This document shows, one piece after another, positions 38,557-41,748 of a stretch of 41,748 bases of DNA (positions are counted from its first letter, which is position 1; every line of letters starts with the position of its first letter). Under the pieces are notes generated by a model. It worked only from the letters and a program-made list of their open reading frames with translations. It searched no databases and had not been told where the DNA came from. This DNA comes from a virus, in the IMG/VR virus record IMGVR_UViG_3300009537_000054, positions 1 through 41,748 of that record. The stretch is one strand, 5' to 3'. Both the position numbers and the translations under genes were made by a program.

Positions 38557-38883
38557 ATGATCGAATGGACTGCAGAACGACTGGCGGCGGAACTCTCGAA
38601 ACGCGGGGAGGAATGGGCAGATACGGATGCTGCTGCTTCGCTGCTAGAGGAAACCAAACACACAGTCCTGTCTGAGGTCATGGCCGATTGGCCGACAGAC
38701 AGCAATGCTGGCGCCGAGACAAAGGCAAGACGTGACCCACGCTACAGGGCACATCTGGAAAGCATGACCGAGGCTAGACGGCTGGCAAACAGGGCAAGGA
38801 TCAAGCTGGACAGTATCCGGGCGTTTATCGACCTTTACCGGACGGAACAGGCCACCAAGAGGGCGGAGGCGAATATCAGATGA
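38557..38883 (+). CDS. Hypothetical helical protein
   Basis: 108 aa with an AAGGAG RBS. Confidence 0.5.
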   Translation: MIEWTAERLAAELSKRGEEWADTDAAASLLEETKHTVLSEVMADWPTDSNAGAETKARRDPRYRAHLESMTEARRLANRARIKLDSIRAFIDLYRTEQATKRAEANIR

Positions 38884-38889
38884 ACTCAC

Positions 38890-38917
38890 CGAGCGAATTG
38901 TTGGGCGTAAACGGAGG
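38890..38917 (+). repeat. 28-nt conserved leader, copy 1 (cgagcgaattgttgggcgtaaacggagg)
   Basis: Exact 28/28 match to 40996..41023. It ends in a GGAGG SD 4 nt before ATG 38922. Confidence 0.9.
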
Positions 38918-38921
38918 AACA

Positions 38922-39122
38922 ATGGGAGCAAGCGATATGACGAAACCACAGACATGCTATGCGTGCGCTAACAGTTATTTGGAACCAGACGCACCATATT
39001 TGATCTGCGGCTCTTTCAATAGCCCATGGGGACTACATCTCCACTCCGAGCCACTTCCGGAGTGCGGGTGGAGGCTATTTGAGCAACACCCAGGCCGCAA
39101 TCCCGATGGGAGCCTGAAATGA
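38922..39122 (+). CDS. Small Cys-rich protein (66 aa)
   Basis: The start is set at ATG 38922 because of the conserved SD-containing leader. The ORF track begins at 38880. MGASDMTKPQTCYAC... Confidence 0.5.
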   Translation: MGASDMTKPQTCYACANSYLEPDAPYLICGSFNSPWGLHLHSEPLPECGWRLFEQHPGRNPDGSLK

Positions 39123-39448
39123 CGTTCATTGACGCCTACAACGAAAAAGCGAAAGCGATCAACCAGACCGCCCGCGAAAAGGGCTGGTGGGACGCAGAAC
39201 GAAACGACGGCGAGATTATTGCGCTCATGCACTCGGAGCTTTCCGAAGCCCTCGAGGCGCTGCGCCACGGCAACCCACCGGACGACCACATACCGGAGTT
39301 CACCGGAATTGAGGCCGAAATGGCAGATGTGATTATTCGGATCATGGACTTCGGTCTGGCACGAGGGCACCGCATAGCGGAGGCGTTGGAGGCGAAGATT
39401 GCCTACAACAAAACGAGAGCGCACAAACATGGCGGCAAGGCGTTCTAA
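39119..39448 (+). CDS. mazG: MazG-like nucleotide pyrophosphohydrolase
   Basis: 109 aa. The motifs IALMHSELSEALEALR and EAEMADVIIRIMD (EExxE/D helices) are typical of small phage MazG proteins. Confidence 0.65.
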   Translation: MTFIDAYNEKAKAINQTAREKGWWDAERNDGEIIALMHSELSEALEALRHGNPPDDHIPEFTGIEAEMADVIIRIMDFGLARGHRIAEALEAKIAYNKTRAHKHGGKAF

Positions 39449-39464
39449 CAGGTAATTGAGCCTA

Positions 39465-39494
39465 TTGAAACGTCCCACATGCCCGCCTTATAAT
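39465..39494 (+). promoter_or_regulatory. Sigma70-type promoter (TTGAAA - 18 nt - TATAAT)
   Basis: Perfect -10 and 5/6 -35 in the 82-nt gap after mazG. It is followed by an AGAGGA RBS and ATG 39531. Confidence 0.55.
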
Positions 39495-39530
39495 CGTTCT
39501 CAGACGTTCATAATTAGAGGATAGGAACCT

Positions 39531-39713
39531 ATGCCCACTAAACCAGTCTGCCCTGCCTGCGGCCAGCTCGTTCCTGTCAAGTGCCTGTATTGCGGGAAGG
39601 TGATCCCTAACCCCCGTATCTCAGCCAATCCCAAGCGTTCCCAGAACCACTGCAATCCTGCTCATCGCCTGGCTGCCTTCCGGCGTCGGCTGATGGAGTC
39701 GGAGAAGCGATAG
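39531..39713 (+). CDS. Zn-ribbon protein (60 aa)
   Basis: CPACG...CLYCG, with a basic C-terminus. Confidence 0.5.
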   Translation: MPTKPVCPACGQLVPVKCLYCGKVIPNPRISANPKRSQNHCNPAHRLAAFRRRLMESEKR

Positions 39714-39742
39714 TTAGGTTTAACGATTGAGGGTTATACGAC

Positions 39743-39880
39743 ATGGCTGTTTACTTCTTCAATGCTTGGGACGACTACCGGGACATTCTAAAGCCTGTGT
39801 TCGGGAATAGGCGCAACTGGCAGCGGTTCTGTTTTGTGCATGACAGGATGCGGTTGAGACTGTTGTGTGGTGCCGTATAA
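39743..39880 (+). CDS. Possible 45-aa ORF (absent from the ORF track)
   Basis: MAVYFFNAWDDYRDILKPVFGNRRNWQRFCFVHDRMRLRLLCGAV. GAGGG lies 9 nt upstream. It fills an otherwise 190-nt gap. Confidence 0.3.
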   Translation: MAVYFFNAWDDYRDILKPVFGNRRNWQRFCFVHDRMRLRLLCGAV

Positions 39881-39904
39881 CGGCAACCATGAGAGGCGCG
39901 AGCC

Positions 39905-40165
39905 ATGACTGATGAAAAGAATCCCGCTGTAACAGAGCGTCCTCTCGATGGGCTTGTTAGGTTACAAGACGCCATACAGGAACTCACTACTCAGGCTACC
40001 ACTATAGAGAATAGAGCCTCAAGATTAGCACTTAGCGGCGACCCGGATGATTGGTGGAAGGCTGACGCGCTGAGGATTCGGGCGCACGGTGTCCGAACTG
40101 CCATTAAAGTGCTGATGAATATGGAACCTAACGATCAGGTTCAAGGGCGCGGTCATGACGGATAA
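39905..40165 (+). CDS. Hypothetical protein
   Basis: 86-aa ORF. Confidence 0.45.
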   Translation: MTDEKNPAVTERPLDGLVRLQDAIQELTTQATTIENRASRLALSGDPDDWWKADALRIRAHGVRTAIKVLMNMEPNDQVQGRGHDG

Positions 40166-40382
40166 AAAAGAAACCAGTGACACCCCGCGTCCCGTGGAAC
40201 CTGGGGTTAGGCTGCGTTTTTGCATTAGATGTAACACGCCTATTTTCGAGTGCATGGGTTTTGTTCTAGCCCGCGATCTTCTCGGAGATTTACAGAACAT
40301 CAGAGAACAATGTAGTCATTGTGCAAACCGAAAAGACCGATATATTTTTATGGAAATGTTGATGCCTAACGATAGAGTTTAG
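40155..40382 (+). CDS. Hypothetical Cys-containing protein
   Basis: 75 aa with CIRC ... CSHC. Confidence 0.45.
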   Translation: MTDKKETSDTPRPVEPGVRLRFCIRCNTPIFECMGFVLARDLLGDLQNIREQCSHCANRKDRYIFMEMLMPNDRV

Positions 40383-40408
40383 CGGCGCGCTGCTTTTGCG
40401 CGTCCGCT
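40381..40408 (+). other. GC-rich hairpin upstream of the methyltransferase gene
   Basis: AGCGGCGCGC - tgctttt - GCGCG(T)CCGCT, a 10-bp stem with one bulge. No U-run follows. Confidence 0.5.
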
Positions 40409-40429
40409 AGAACGACTGGTTATAACGCA

Positions 40430-40960
40430 ATGTGCAAGTTTTCAAGAACATGGGCTATGCCAAACGCCAACACCTTCTCGGTGAAACCGATTGGGGAGAT
40501 GGTTGCGCGGTATTTGCACGGGGTTTCGGTTGATCCGTTCGCCCGGAATAGCGGACTTGCAACCTACACCAATGACCTGAACCCAGAGACTACCGCACAG
40601 CATCACATGGACGCGGTGGAGTTTCTTGAGAAGCTGACACAGGAGGGAATAAAGGCCGACGTTGTTATTTTTGACCCTCCTTACAGCCCGAGGCAGATCA
40701 GTGAGTGCTACGCCGCCGCAGGCAAGAAGGCCGGAATGGTGGACACACAAAACGCAGCCCTCTATGCAAAGTGCAGGACGGCGATTAGGAAGATTTGCGG
40801 ACAAGGTTCTTTGGTTATGAGCTTCGGATGGAACAGTTGCGGAATGGGGCCAGGATGGGAAACGGAGGAAATTATGCTTGTCGCTCACGGAGGGGCACAC
40901 AACGACACTATTTGTATGGTTGAGAGACTTCAAGTTGTTCAGGAGTCTCTTGCGTTATAA
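40430..40960 (+). CDS. N6-adenine DNA methyltransferase (small, DPPY type)
   Basis: 176 aa with a motif I-like VDPFARNSG followed by VVIFDPPYSP (motif IV). Confidence 0.6.
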   Translation: MCKFSRTWAMPNANTFSVKPIGEMVARYLHGVSVDPFARNSGLATYTNDLNPETTAQHHMDAVEFLEKLTQEGIKADVVIFDPPYSPRQISECYAAAGKKAGMVDTQNAALYAKCRTAIRKICGQGSLVMSFGWNSCGMGPGWETEEIMLVAHGGAHNDTICMVERLQVVQESLAL

Positions 40961-40970
40961 CGACTGAGGT

Positions 40971-40996
40971 GTGCGGCTGGCGCAGCCAGTCCGCAC
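40971..40996 (+). other. GC-rich hairpin downstream of the methyltransferase gene
   Basis: GTGCGGCTGGC - gca - GCCAG(T)CCGCAC, an 11-bp stem with one bulge. It abuts copy 2 of the 28-nt leader. Confidence 0.55.
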
Positions 40997-41023
40997 GAGC
41001 GAATTGTTGGGCGTAAACGGAGG
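40996..41023 (+). repeat. 28-nt conserved leader, copy 2
   Basis: Exact match to 38890..38917. The SD lies 5 nt before ATG 41029. Confidence 0.9.
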
Positions 41024-41028
41024 CACAG

Positions 41029-41226
41029 ATGAAACGGAAAGACGAATGCCTTTGCTGTACTAGCCGCCGTTGCTACGAACGGGTGGTAGATGTAAGCGGT
41101 AAGACATACGACGAGGTTGCATGCCTGAACCACGTTAAGGATTTGCACATGCATTCCGACGTGACCGCCCCCGGTGTTGAGAAGCACTTTATTAGCAGCA
41201 CAGGAAAACAGAAAAGAGGTGTGTAA
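41029..41226 (+). CDS. Small Cys-rich protein (65 aa)
   Basis: MKRKDECLCCTSRRCY... It is preceded by the conserved leader. Confidence 0.5.
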   Translation: MKRKDECLCCTSRRCYERVVDVSGKTYDEVACLNHVKDLHMHSDVTAPGVEKHFISSTGKQKRGV

Positions 41227-41242
41227 TTTATGACGCCCAACG

Positions 41243-41506
41243 ATGCCAATGAGCCGCGCCGCCATGAAATCTAAGAAGAATCGCGCCGTCCCCGGCGTCG
41301 GCTCGATTGGCCTTGTTATGTTGCTCTGCGACAACACTAAATGCCCGCGCAAAAAGAAAGTACCGTGGGACGACACGATGCCAGAAGGCACGGCGACGAT
41401 TGTTACACAATGCCCGTGGCATGCCGGAGATACCACAATCGAGGACTACTACGACGCCTCCGGTAGGTGGTGGGGTCCGGATGGATGGAAAGAGAAACAT
41501 AACTAG
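41243..41506 (+). CDS. Small Cys-containing protein (87 aa)
   Basis: LLCDNTKCP ... QCPWH. It is the last plus-strand gene. Confidence 0.45.
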   Translation: MPMSRAAMKSKKNRAVPGVGSIGLVMLLCDNTKCPRKKKVPWDDTMPEGTATIVTQCPWHAGDTTIEDYYDASGRWWGPDGWKEKHN

Positions 41507-41509
41507 TAA

Positions 41510-41531
41510 TTAGGCGACAAACTGCGCCTAA
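41510..41531. terminator. Hairpin in the convergent gap (possible weak bidirectional terminator)
   Basis: TTAGGCG - acaaactg - CGCCTAA, a 7-bp stem between the ends of the plus and minus blocks. There is no good U-run on either side. Confidence 0.3.
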
Positions 41532-41603
41532 ATAGTTGACTGGTTTATAGGGTTATAATAAAACTTATGACACACACACAACTGGATGAAGCGCGTACTC
41601 GAG

Positions 41604-41748
41604 TCAAAACCTGATACTGCCACCGATACCGACAAATCCGGCTCCTGATGTGTCGTATGTCCCAGTCAGCCCAAAGGCCACTGCCTTAACCCGGAATAGC
41701 TCCGCATCGCCCCTCAGAAGCCACACAGGGCCGTTTGTGTCCGTACCC
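41604..41748 (-). CDS. 3' part of the junction-spanning gene (ends ...GAGFVGIGGSIRF, stop TGA at 41604..41606)
   Basis: The minus-strand frame is contiguous with 1..456 through the repeat. The C-terminus resembles an outer-membrane beta-signal (G-x-x-I-x-F). Confidence 0.65.
   Translation of the reverse strand, partial: GTDTNGPVWLLRGDAELFRVKAVAFGLTGTYDTSGAGFVGIGGSIRF
41679..41748. repeat. Direct terminal repeat, copy 2
   Basis: Identical to nt 1..70. The unique genome length is therefore 41,678 bp. Confidence 0.97.

Noticed and set aside
41536-41559. TTGACT ... TATAAT pair that looks like a consensus promoter
   Set aside because: The spacer is only 12 nt, whereas 16-18 nt is needed. The element points into the convergent gap with no downstream plus-strand gene.
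41570-41580. (AC)5 microsatellite
   Set aside because: It is too short to be meaningful, lies in a non-coding convergent gap, and shows no evidence of a phase-variation context.

Overview
The window is a complete tailed-phage genome, siphovirus-like by gene content. The first 70 nt are identical to the last 70 nt (1..70 = 41679..41748). The unique unit is therefore 41,678 bp and closes into a circle or is terminally redundant, and one minus-strand gene spans the junction. Coding density is above 90 percent, in two transcription blocks.

(1) A short plus-strand block, 36776..41506, encodes an ERF-type annealase, a YqaJ-like exonuclease, a MazG-like pyrophosphohydrolase, a DPPY N6-adenine DNA methyltransferase and small Cys-rich proteins.

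(2) A very long minus-strand block starts at 36614. It first runs through an early/replication region: a CsrA homologue, a lambda-O-like initiator with an internal iteron origin, a NinG-like protein, and two paralogous radical-SAM genes flanking a small lipoprotein. The head module follows: small and large terminase, a Mu-like portal fused to a MuF domain, a Mu gpI-like protease/scaffold, a decoration-like protein and the major capsid protein. Next comes a 1276-aa GT4 / methyltransferase / GT2 fusion interrupted by an HNH intein. The block ends with neck proteins, the tail tube, a G/GT chaperone with an A7 -1 frameshift site, the tape measure, distal tail paralogues, three tail-fibre paralogues and a membrane-protein (lysis-like) cluster.

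I recognised no integrase, repressor, DNA polymerase, tRNA, rRNA or CRISPR array.

The most unusual items are:
- the intein inside the glycosyltransferase E-x7-E motif;
- the tri-domain glycosylation/methylation enzyme in the virion module;
- the four-gene, translationally coupled radical-SAM/lipopeptide cassette;
- the phage-encoded CsrA;
- a 28-nt leader repeated upstream of two Cys-rich genes;
- an orphan plus-strand terminator that suggests an oop-like antisense RNA.

All functional calls rest on motif recognition by eye, gene order, RBS and stop/start coupling. No database search or structure prediction was run. Many ORF-track entries use GTG/TTG starts or carry N-terminal extensions, and I re-set starts where an RBS or an ATGA/GTGA overlap supported it.
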